DNA from: Rhina ancylostomus
Lineage: Eukaryota
Length of the DNA stretch: 64,000 nucleotides
Reading direction: 5' to 3'
NCBI GenBank assembly: GCA_030265395.1
Contig: JARFYF010000074.1
Coordinates: 31,503,466 to 31,567,465, forward strand
Position 1 is the first letter of the stretch; the number at the start of each line of letters is the position of its first letter. Under the pieces are notes generated by a model. It saw nothing but the letters and a program-made list of their open reading frames with translations. It had not been told where the DNA came from and did not search any database. The position numbers and the translations under genes were made by a program. This document shows, in pieces, positions 14,375 to 26,100 of the stretch.

Positions 14375-14725
14375 ATTCAAACTTCTTATTGGGCTTAACA
14401 GGATGTATATAGAGAGGATGCTTCTTCAAGCTAAGGGGTCTAGAATAAGGGGAAGGGGTTGGCCATTTAGGACTGAGATGAAGAGAAATTTCTTCAGTTG
14501 GAAGAGAGTGAATATTTGGAATTCCCTATGTTGTTTAGAGAATTCTCTACCTTGCTGGCCGTTGCAGCCTCAGACATTGAGTTCATTCAAAGCAGAAAAT
14601 GATAAGTTTCTGAATATAGTGCTGGAAAGCGAGCTGAAGTAGAAAGTCAGCCATGATTGTGATGAATGGTGAAGCACACTCAAAAAGGGCCAAATAAGCC
14701 ACTGTGTTCTAATTCTTACGTAAGA
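14375..14725 (+). mobile_element. CR1-like LINE 3' end, degraded
   Basis: FRTEMKRNFFS..VNIWNSL motif plus tail. Confidence 0.7.
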
Positions 14726-16499
14726 AGCAAGAGGCTAGAAATTTGTTTGCAAAATTCCAAAAAAGCTCTACTCAGTAATGAATTACACTCAAATGGAGTT
14801 AAGCAATTTTGTGTACATTTCTAGGAGCTAATCACTATGATCATCTGTTCATTTTTGGCTGAGATTTTTGTGTGTTTTACAGTTATGTTTGTTCATTGCC
14901 AAACTCATCCAAATAACAACAGTAGTATCATGGCCAAAATTCATCATCAGCAAAATTTTCAACTACATTGGTTGAAAAATTACAGTTTTTTGTTCACTTA
15001 CAGAATGCTGAATTCTCAAAAATTAACAGGATAATCACACCAAACCTGCAATCATAGGCAGATGATTTTACATCACTCTATATTCTCATAGCTTACTCTG
15101 TACAGTGCCCACAGTGAAGACTGAGCCTTCATTGCATTTGCTGTAACCAAAATTGATTTACAATACCCATTTGTCTCAGCCTTACATTCCGCCATGGATG
15201 AATTGGGGGCACAGAAGAAACTACCAGGCACCACAGGTAATGATGGGAACCACACTATACAAGGGCTCAGCACCTATCACCTTATCCACCTAAGCTTCAC
15301 AGGGAGTCATACTCTTATCTAAACTCCTTGGAAGAGCAATCTCTTTATACCATGCTTCCAGTTAGAGTAGTACTCACACATATCTGTGACTCTGAAAATT
15401 TTCTAAGATCAAGTTTGCACAATCCTACACCAATCTCACAGTCAAAGTTATCCTCAATCTCAGCTTCCCAGCCTGAGGATCGTTCCAGCTCTCAACTAGT
15501 ATTAAATGCCAGAAATCACATTTATCTGCTCACCACTGCATTAGAGAGGTCACTGATTTTCTCTACTCCATGCAAGCAGAATTCATCCACTTCCCCATCA
15601 ATTCACAGGATCGCAGAGATGAGCTGCAGGCACTTACTGCTACTGATTATGAGATGGTAGGTGGTGGAATAAGATATAATTACTCAATGAAGAGGCATTT
15701 GGACAAACACTTAAATAGGCAAAGCAGATAAGGATATTGTCTTAATGCAGGCAAATGGGATAGGTGTAGATGGGCAAAAAGTTCAGCATGGATGTGGTGG
15801 GCTGTAGGGCCCATTCCTGTACTGTACAACTTTATGATGTTGTAACTCTGACTTCCCCAAGATGAGCACCTCAAAGATTGCACTCCTATGGTGACTATAG
15901 CTCCTATTCTTAATATACAAGGTGTTTAAATGGTAGTACAACAGAGGATTTTTGCAATGATTAATTCCAGGTATGTAAACAGCTCTCATGACTCATTCCA
16001 TTTTATCTAGTTGCAGCAGCCTTTCACCTTTCATCACACTGGTCACATGCTTAATTTCACAGCTCCAAGCACATCTGATGAGCAGCTTAATGCTACATTC
16101 ACAATCGCTTCACAACCAAAGGCTTAGTAGAAATTGCAATAAGATTGCTCAAAAAGAGATTTCACTGCAATAGTATTCAGCTGCAAGGGAGGTTGAAACA
16201 ACATGAATGCTCATTAAACATGAGCAAGTTGCGAGGAAGGATGTTAACAGAGAATGAAGGCAACAGGTGAAGATATAACAAAGAAGGCGTGAGGACTCAC
16301 CTTGATTAATCTTTTGAGATCTTTATTTTCAACACTGATCACCAGTGCAGATGATGTTGCTCCTAACGTTGACCTCCCTGGCAGCCTCCTTTGAGTGTCG
16401 CCTGTAGGTAGCCATGGAGGGTTTCCATTCCTCCCTTGAACAGAAGAAATTTATTATACAAATTAATGTGATCCATCAATCTCTCTTGGTCACGAGGGA

Positions 16500-16680
16500 G
16501 GACGACAGTTAGTGCATCGCCTCAGCTCCAGGGACTCGGGTTCGTTCCATAGTGCTGTCTGGGTAAGTTTTACATGTTCTTTTCATAGCTGCATGAGTTT
16601 TCATTGGGTGCTCCAGTTTCCTTTCACATCCCCAAGAAATGAGGAATGGCAGGTGTATGGGTCATAATAGGTAAACCTTA
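16500..16680 (+). mobile_element. Degraded tRNA-derived V-SINE
   Basis: B-box-like GGGTTCG followed by a V-domain-like TGCTGTCTG..GTTT.ACATGTTCT...GGGTGCTCCAGTTTCC...CACATCCCAA. Confidence 0.55.
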
Positions 16681-16914
16681 TTACTAAACCTGGAGCAATC
16701 TCCCCGTGCTCAAGAATTATTGGTGCAGCCATGTAAAAATAAATAACACTCTCAAATAACTGGGGGAATGCTGGAGGGTATTACACTCATGTGCTTTTAA
16801 GGCTGGCTGATGAGGTCTCTGCTGTGTACCTGAGTGCCAACAGCTGCGAAAAATTCAACTGGAGATTTTTCAGTAACCTCCACTTTCTGGAACACCATAG
16901 TGTTACACAAGAGA

Positions 16915-17101
16915 AAATCACCATGATACTGGAGGAACTCAACAGGCCAGGCGGCATCTATGGAGAAAAGCAGGCGGTCAACATTTCAGGCCAGGACCCT
17001 TCTTCAGGACTGAAAATAGGAAAAGGGGAAGCCCAATATATGGGAGGGAAAAGCAGAGCAGTGATAGGTAGACAGGAGAGGGGAGGCATCCTTTGTTTCT
17101 C
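16915..17101 (-). mobile_element. Young Penelope-like terminal fragment with hammerhead motif
   Basis: Same family as 3194-3560. Flanked by an exact 14-bp repeat TGTTACACAAGAGA at 16901-16914 and 17102-17115. Confidence 0.8.
16975..17012 (-). ncRNA. Minimal type-I hammerhead ribozyme motif
   Basis: Minus strand reads CAGTC-CTGAAGA-A-GGGTC CT GGCCT-GAAA-TGTT-GACCG. Confidence 0.55.
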
Positions 17102-17689
17102 TGTTACACAAGAGAGCTTGACGAAACTACTTTTTAGATGATGCTGCACCATCTTTGTAGAGCTTTTTAAGACAGTGTGACATTGAAATAATCACAATGC
17201 CATTTTATGCCAAAAAAATTGCATATACAAATGTTCAGCACATGAAATTCTCCCTTAGAATACAAATAAATTCTCAACAAGATCTATGGCCAATTTTGAA
17301 CATGTAATATCCCTGAAATGGAAGGAAAAAGGCCGTCTATAAAAGTGTGAGTGCTTTAAGATAGAAAGAAGAAAGAACATGCTTTTATATAGAATGAAAG
17401 TAGAAAATCCTGGAAACACTCAGCAGGTCAGGCAGCATCCGTGAAAAGAAGAACTGTTAACATTTCAGATCTAGGACCCATTCTTCAGACCTAGGAAAGA
17501 AGGAAAACAAGTTAGCTTTAGGTAGCACTGAAAATGGGGAGGCCAGGGGACGATTCTACTCATCTCTGATAGAGTGAGAGCAGATGACTTCACCTGGTAA
17601 TTAGGTAGCAGTTAAAATCTGATTAAACTTCTTTGTCTGCGAAATATGTTACTAATTGTGAAGTGTTGTGCACCTTCCAGTATAAATGG

Positions 17690-19340
17690 TGGGTTTCTCT
17701 TTGTTCCCAGTGCATGGAGTTAAAGTTCACAGTATCATTCTGAAAGCTCTTTCCCCATTTTGAATGGTCATGGACAAGAAATTCTCTAGAGTCAGTGGGA
17801 ATGTTGCATTTTTACAAGGAGGCTTTGAGCTCATCATCTGTCCTCTGTCTGCATGGTAACCTCTTTCTGTGACAGAGCTCGAGATTGAGGGTCTGTTTTG
17901 GGAGTCTGGTGCTGGGCATGGAAATAATGTGGCCTGCCCAATGGAGCTTTCTGAGTGTAGTTAAGGCATCAATGCTGGGATTGTTGATCTGGGAGAAGAT
18001 ACTGAATTTTTCTCATTTGTCCAATGAACTTTGTGATATCCTTCAAGTGCCTCAAGGAGCCTGCTGTAGGCAGTCCAGGTCTGAAAAGCACATAGGAAGG
18101 CAGGGATCACTGCTATGCAGAAGACCATGAGCTTTGAGCCAGATCTGATGTCTTGATCTCCAAATATCCTTTATCTTAATCTTATGGTGAATTTCGTCAT
18201 TGATGATTACCTTTGCTCTGAGGTATCTCCTGAGATTTGAGGTGGTTCACATTTTCCAGGGTCACACTGTGAGTTTTTTTATTGTCAGTTAGAGATATTG
18301 CACAGCAGGGCCAGTTTGGAATAGGTCATCTGTCTTGCAGATGTTAAGTTTAAGGCTTATCCTCTTGTATGCCTCAGTAATTGATGATGATCTGGAGCCT
18401 GACAAATATAGTCTGTGTACTGCAACTCAGCCACTAAGGTTGGGCTTACTTTGGTTTTGGAGTGTGGCCACCACAGGATAAATTGTTTCCCACTATTTCA
18501 ATCTCTTGATTCCCAGACTACAGGAGCGAGAGATTATCCACTGCATATGGGCTGTCCTGAAGTAATTGGCACCTATGAAGAGACACCTGACTTCTCTACC
18601 AGGAAGAACCAAGGATGGTTTGATGGAAATGATCCATAAATTGAGGAACTAATTAACTGCAAATACAAGGCCACCAGGGGACAGAGGTGACAGCGGTCCA
18701 GCAGAACACTCATGACCTAAAGAACAAATGGTTGGTGGAAAGAGAACAGGAGGCTCAGCAACTTGCTGATTTCTTTGACATCTTCAGCACCACCAACACC
18801 ATCTATGATACAAACACTCAAGTTCCCACCCCAGTGAAAGTCAAGAACAGAGATGAACATCAAAAAGAGAGGGAGCCCAGCCTTGCTGCCTCTCCTGTCC
18901 AACAAGGTCTAAAAGGCTTCATCCTGGCTTTCCAACAAGACTTCAAGAGCAGACAGTATGCTCAATGAAATTCTAAAATTTGGCGGTGAAAAGCTTCAGT
19001 CACCAATTCATATTTTCAGTGTCTACACCTGGGAAAAGGAAGTCATATCAGGGGTTCTCAGGAATTACACCAACCACTTGTAACTAAAGCCTATGGCTCC
19101 ATCAACCAGTAAGGACTATAGAGTCATTTCCTCAAATTCAGCTGCCCATGGAAATTAATCTCCAAGTTATGTTTATTTCAAGGTAGCATGTAAGCCATGA
19201 TCCTAACCAAAGGGTCTACAACACAGTCAATTTCAGTGAAGACCAATGTCAAATTAGATTTTGTCATTGGCCTGAAAATTCTTTCAATCATACTCACTGC
19301 AGGGTTGCACCTCACCTGCAACAAGCTTCCCATGGAGAAG
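17690..19340. mobile_element. RTE (BovB-like) LINE with inverted 5' part
   Basis: 17690-18470 reads on the minus strand (SKTKV...ELQYTD; LHWAGHII.MP.TRLPKQ). 18520-19340 reads on the plus strand (TRKNQGWFDGND...NKLP). Confidence 0.75.
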
Positions 19341-20984
19341 TTCCATTGTTATAGCACCATCATTAAATGCGTCTAGCATGTCAAATGACATCATTGCTAT
19401 ATACCCAGTGGCTTCTTCCATGCAAAAGTATGCTATATCCTTAGAATCCAGCAACTCCAATTCACATTTTAAGTTTTGTTCACATGGAAGTGTCAATTGC
19501 ACTTAACATTTGTTAAGCACTTCAATTTGAATGGATAGCGCATTAAAAAAAATGTGATACAGAATACATCATGGCCAACGTTTCAACCTATGTGGGATCT
19601 GTTCACCAAAGCATCAGCCTGGATAACAAGCTCAGGAGATGAAAATACAACTTAAAACCAGGTCCTTCTGCCTTTAGAAGTGAAGATATTGCCACTCTTT
19701 TAGCTTTTAAAACTTGCCGTATGGTTAGATATTAGTTTCGTGAAAAGGTATTGTCTTACTACCAAAAAACACAAGAAGAATTACAATAATTCACACTTCT
19801 ATGTTGTATTAGCATTATTTATATTAATAAGTAAACTATTTTATTAGTAATTTATTAGAAACACTGATAATTAGTGCAAAAGAAGGTGCTTACAAGTTCT
19901 AGAGTAAAGATTGCAACACAGCTGATGAGTACTGGGTCAGAGAATCTGCTGGCGTCTGTTGCTTGCCATCAAGCTTAGGTTTCAAGTAGTGTTTGCTCTA
20001 GTTTATTTCCTGTGATTTCCAAATAATTTTATCATGCAAGTTAAAAATTTCATTTTATAAAATGTTATACTTATTATCACATTACAATAGTTTAAGAAAT
20101 GTTCATAATTAAAAATGGAAATATTGAAGGTTTTGCCTTTGAAACAAGCAAGAACAACAAATGGTGAAAACACTCAGCAGGTCAAACAGCAGTTGTGGAA
20201 AGAGAAACGGAGTTAACAATTCAGGTTAAACACTTCCAGAATTGGAAAAGAGAGAAAAACTAGTTAGCTTTAAGTTGCAGAGAAAGTGGCGAGGACTGCA
20301 CTGGACAAAAGAAATACCTGTGATAGGGTGAGGCGAGGATTGCCTTGGGCATAGGTTGTAGAGGTCCTCTGGTCAAATGGATTAATGGGGACAGTTAGAG
20401 GATGATAATACAATGAAAGAAGCATTATATGATGTGAATAATGGGGCTGTGGGACATGACAACTGGGTCAAACTGTTCTAATGGAGAGGCATTATTACAG
20501 ATGGTTGACTTATACCAAAAATGATCTGTTCTTATACAGACAGAATCCCAACAGAAAACTGAGGAAAATGAACTCATTGTGAAGCACTCTAAAAAAAACA
20601 AAAATATCAGCTACCAAAATTCATTGAACATCTATTAATGTCTTAAAATATGCAGAGCACTGTTGTACTTAATTGCCAAAGGGCCTTATATAAAACAAGA
20701 TCCCAGCTTCTTTAAAGCTGCTGATATATTTCCAGTCTGTGATTGCTGTCTCAGCCAAATATCTAAATTAACTTTATTTGCAAGTCAGCATACAGGGCAT
20801 AAGCCACTTGATATCTCACATGCTAAATGGTACAATAAAGTAGATTTCAATTTGTAGCTATGACTAAAGAAATATTTTTGAAGAATGGTCTGCCTTATTT
20901 TCAGTACCTTTTTTATATATTTGGAATTCATTTGTTTAGTAGTAGCACCGAATAACAGATGGTATGAACATCATGTTTGTAAAA

Positions 20985-21470
20985 AGATCTGTAGGAAGGA
21001 TGTGATTAAACTAGAGAGGGTGCAGAAAAGATTCACAAGGAAATTGTTGGAACTGGAGCACTAGAGTTATAAGGAGAGACTGGATAGGCTGGGTCTGTTT
21101 TCCCTGGAGCAAAGGAGTCTGAGGGGTAACATTATAGAGTTTTATAAAACCATGAGGGGCATAGATAAGGTGGATGATCACAGACTTTTCCTGGGGTAGG
21201 CAAGTCTAAAACTAGAGGGCATATGTTTAAGATCAGTGGGGAAAGATATAATGGGGACAGAGGGGGTAGTGGGTATATGGAATGAGCCATCAAAAGAAGT
21301 GGTAGAGGTGGATGCAATTACAATACTTAAAAGACATTTAGGCAGGTATATAGATAGGGAAGGTTTAGAGGGACATGGGCCAAATGCAGGCAAATGGGAC
21401 TGGCTCCAGATGACACCTTGATTGGCATGGACATGTTGGGCTAAAGGGCCTGTTTTCATGCTGTAGAACT
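20985..21470 (+). mobile_element. CR1/HER1-like LINE 3' end
   Basis: Encodes a degenerate KLERVQKRFTR...SYKERLDRLGLFSLE, followed by the tail. Confidence 0.8.
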
Positions 21471-21474
21471 ATAT

Positions 21475-21930
21475 CAAAAGTTGAGTTTATTGTCATATGC
21501 ACAAATGCATGTATGCACAGGTGCAATGAAAAACTTACTTGCAGCAGCATCACAGGCACATAGCATTACATAAGCAGCATTCATTAAGAAAAACATATAT
21601 TAAACATAAATTATGCCCAATATTTACAAGAAAGAACATTAGAACAAGAAAAGTCAATTTCAGTGCAAAGTAGTCATAGTGTTGTAATGATTAGGGTTGT
21701 GCCAGTTGGTGCAAGAACTGAATGGTTGAAGGGAAATAGCTGTTCCTGAAGCTGGTGGTGTGGGATTTCAGGCTTCTGTACCTCCTGCCTGATGGTAGTT
21801 GCGAGAAGATGGCATGGCCTGGATGGTGGGGATCTTTGATAATGGATGTTGCCTTCTTGAGGCAGGACCTCCTGTAAATGGTGGTGGTGGCGAGGGATGT
21901 GCCCATGATGTATTGGGCTGAATCCTGCCT
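21475..21930 (-). mobile_element. Rex1/Babar-type LINE 3' end
   Basis: KKATSIIKDPHHPGHAIFSQLPSGRRYRSLKSHTTSFRNSYFP. Confidence 0.8.
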
Positions 21931-23914
21931 CATATTGAAAGAAAATAATATTTGAGCCATAATTCACCTCTGAAATGATAGAATCTGGCTCTGGTTGTCT
22001 GCTCTGGTTTAAGGCATTCCAGGAGATCTGACCATGATATCTGATCACATATTCTTCACAAATTTTACTGAATTTACCTTATATTGATTTGATCCCTAAA
22101 TATCTGAGAGTTTTTAAACACCAACAATTATTTTATAAGAAGTTCTGAGAGCCAGAAGTATCCCTAAAAAAGGCAAACAAAACAAAGTGAATATTTACGA
22201 GTAATTTGAAGGTTGGAAGCAAGAGATAGGCAGAAGTTTGATCCTACCAGAAACCATTAACAATCTTGTGAACTAGCACTAATTATTAATAGCAGAACTG
22301 GTAACATAAATCTCCCATTATAACCAGAAGTAGTACCAAAGCTGCAACATTGGGTTGCTTTATTCTGTTTGGGCAACATGAGTGTGGATGTGTGCCTAAT
22401 TTAGTGTGCAATGTAAGTGTGCACATTTGAAATGCAAGTTGCATTTCACGCCATATTGATTGCAGTGCTACAGGACTAGAAGAATCCAGAGAAGGCAAAT
22501 GATGATGTCAGTCAACGAACATGAATCATTTAATGACAGCATGACTAATTAGACCTCAGTTATGCTGTTATTGTTATCTATTCAACACACAGATCAGATT
22601 TCTACCAGAAACCATCCATACTATTTAAATGGATCATCAGTTACTGAAGTAAAAACAAAGTGCTGGAAATACTCAGCAGCCTCAGGCACCTTCTGCGGAG
22701 TGAGAAACAGAGAGAACATTTCAGGTCAATATTCTTTCAGATTTTATTTTTGATTTCCAGCAAACACAGTTCTTTTGCTTTTCAATTATAAGTTACTCAA
22801 GGGTTGCTTGGTGTTTGATTTCAATGAAGGGTTGGTTTAAGTAAGATTGTGTTTGGTCTTTCCAGACTTCCTCAGAGTTTATCAGTCTGCACAGAATAAT
22901 GCATCAGGCCATGAAGACTTCCAATATCTAATTCCTCCCTGACATGAACACTTTAGTGGATTTTCCTCAGCAGAAAATATCTGCAACTTTTCCCAGTTTG
23001 CTGTGCACCTCAGAGTTTACAGATGCATTCTATTTCAAGATAGCCTGATGCATCTTATATTTCAATTTCAAGATAACCTTTGCAAGTGCCTTTGGCAGGA
23101 ACGCACATTTCTCGGTGGTAAAATGTGCCACTGACACAACATTTTAATGTGGCAAATATAAACTTGGAAAAATGTTAAACTGGAAGGGATACTGTTCTTT
23201 AAAACAGTACATCATGCTGGTCAATGTCTCGATACCGGTGCTACGAATGCCAATTTGCCAACTGTGCCCATGTTATCTCCTTTTGTCAGTCAGCACATTG
23301 TCTGTGTTATAATACAACAGCAACTACCATTAGAAAATCAATATTTCAAATGAAAGAAACTTTGTACATGAAAACATTCCAAATTTAGCACATGAACCCT
23401 TGTTCCATTTGCCTTTGTTTGTTCTGGTATTCCTATGCCTTGCTTCTCCAGTGGCTGGACTTGCAGGATAACCTTCGATAATACTGAGTTTAGCAGATCT
23501 GTTTTGGACCGCCAAGATGTCCTCGGGCAGCCTCGCAGAAGTCCTCTTCATCTGTTGGGTGACAAATGCTGTGAAATCCCATTTACCCCTCTGAACACAG
23601 GTATTCAGAGTCATAATGGCAGAATGCTGAGCCTCCACTGTAGGATTGGGTGGACTCTCCACATGGATGCTCCAGGTTTTATGCAAGGCTATGTCAAAAG
23701 TAGTCCTGGATTCCTCTATGCTCATGGGCGGGCATTGCATCAAGGCTCTTTGATAGGCCTGTCAATCCACTATACTTAATCATTTATACCTATTAAAGTT
23801 CTTCTGAAAGGAACTCTTATCGAGTCCCCTGCAATAGAATTTATGTTTAATCTCCCTCTTACCTAGATGTGACTTGTGATTCACTCATATATCCCACTTC
23901 TAAGTTCTTAGAAA

Positions 23915-24530
23915 TTTAAGGAGATTTGGCATGCCATTGAAGACTCTGACAAACTTTTACAGATGTACAGTGGAAAGCATTATGACTGGTTACATCACAG
24001 CCTGGTATGGAAACTCCAGTGCACAGGAACACAAGAGGCTATAGAGAGTGGTGGATTCAGCCAGTTCCATCATGGGTACAGCTCTCCCCATTATTGAGGA
24101 AATCTACAAGATGCAATGTCTCAGGAAGGCGGCATCCATCATCAGGGACCCCCACCATCCAGGCTATGCCCTTTTCTCAATGCTGCCATCAGGCAGGAGA
24201 TACAGGACCCTCAAGAGCCACACCCCAAGGTTCAACAACAGCTTCTTCTCCACTGCCATCAGGTTCTTGAACGGACCTGAAAAACCTTAACGTGACCTCA
24301 AACTATACTTTTCTTCTCTCTCTCTCTCTCTCTCAATTTTGCACTAATGTTGTTATGTTTATTTTGTTGTTTACACATGCAAATTATGTACAATTTATGT
24401 TAATTTAAGTTTACGTTAACTTATGTGTGTCCTTGTATTGCAATGTACTATGCTGCTGCTGAAAAAAGCTAATTTTCATGGCATTTATACCCTGTGTATT
24501 GTGTATGTATGTCCATGACAACAATAATCT
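23915..24530 (+). mobile_element. Rex1/Babar-type LINE 3' end
   Basis: VESIMTGYITAWYG and RKAASIIRDPHHPGYALFSMLPSGRRYR...NSFFSTAIRFLN. Confidence 0.8.
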
Positions 24531-24849
24531 AATTTAATCTTTAAATTATCCAAAATTTATCCAAAACCTTGAAAAGGTGATGGTAAGCTACACCTTCTTG
24601 AACTGTGTTAGTCCTTGAAGTGTGGGTATGTCCACAATGCTGTTGGGGAGTGAGTTCCAGTATTTTGACCTAGCAACAGGCTCATTTTGACCCTAACCCT
24701 AAGACAATAGATTTCCAAGTCAGGATGGTGTGTGGCTTGGAGGCCAACATTCAGGTGGTGGGGTTCCCATGCTTTTGCTGTCCTGTCTTTCCAGCTGGTA
24801 GAGGTTGTGGTTTTGAAAGGTAATGGGATTGGACAGAGCCAGTAGGGTT

Positions 24850-26100
24850 TATGAAAGGGTAACTTCCGCAAGTTAAATAAATCTATTTATTAATAGCTTA
24901 AATAGTCTGCTTTTTTTAAAAGGATACAACTAGTAGAATAAGTAAGGGAGAACCAGTAGATGTGGTGTGCAAGTCCTTTTCTGAGTGGCAAGTTGTGACT
25001 TATGGGGGACTGCTGGAATCAATGCTGAGCTCCTGGCTATTCACCATGTACATCAATGACTTGGATGAATGAAATAAGTGNNNNNNNNNNNNNNNNNNNN
25101 NNNNNNNNNNNNNNNNNNNNNNNNNNNNNNNNNNNNNNNNNNNNNNNNNNNNNNNNNNNNNNNNNNNNNNNNNNNNNNNNAAGTGACACAACTCCAACAT
25201 AGCAGATATTACACAGCTGGTGATAGTAGTGTGGTGGGCAAGGGCGGGAAAGAAGGGGAACATAATGCAAGTTATGAGTGGTGAGGAGGATGCAAAGAGA
25301 CTCCAATTTGATTTAGGCAAGTTGGGTGAGTGGGCAAATGTACTGCAGATGCAGTTTAACATGGATAAATGTACTGGTTCTAAAAACACAAACAAAATAT
25401 TATCCGAATGTTGACAGATTTGGATAAGAGTAGGTACAATCAGAGCTGATATGCTTGAACACCAGTCGCAGAGTATAAGTTCAGGTGCAGCAAGCAGTTA
25501 CGAAAATAAATGGTATGTTAGCCTTCATTGCAAGTGGCCTTAGGTAGAGGAACAAGGATGTCTTGCTGCAGTTGTACAAGGCCCTGGTAAGACTGTATCT
25601 GGAGTTTTGTGTGTAGTTTTGTTGTCCTTATCAGAGACATTTTTGCCATGGAGGGAATGCAACAAAGTAGAACTAGACTGATTCCTGGGACGGCAGGACT
25701 TACTTATGAGGAAAGATTGGGCTGGAGTATAGAAGAATGAGAAGGGATCTTATAAAAACCTATAAAACTCCTATCTCAGTTTAGATATAGGGAGATGTGC
25801 CTGATGGCTGTATAGTCCAGAACCAGGGGTCATAGCATCAGAATACAGTGTATGCTATTTAGAACTGAGACAGGAGAAATTTCTTCATCAAGGGGATGGT
25901 GAACATGTGGAACTCTCTACCACAGAAGGCAGTTGAGGTCAAGTCCTTAAGTACATTCAAGAAGGAGGCAGATACATCTCTTAATGCTCAAGGGTCTAAG
26001 AGTATGTGAAAGAGGCAGGAACAGTGTATTGAACTGGATGATCAAACAGGTCGTATTAAATGGTTGAGCAGGCCAATTGCCCTGCTCCTGCTCTCTATGT
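24850..26100 (+). mobile_element. CR1-like LINE, RT to 3' tail, degraded
   Basis: EEDAKRLQFDLGKLGEWANVLQMQFNMDKC and the downstream tail; spans a gap. Confidence 0.75.
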
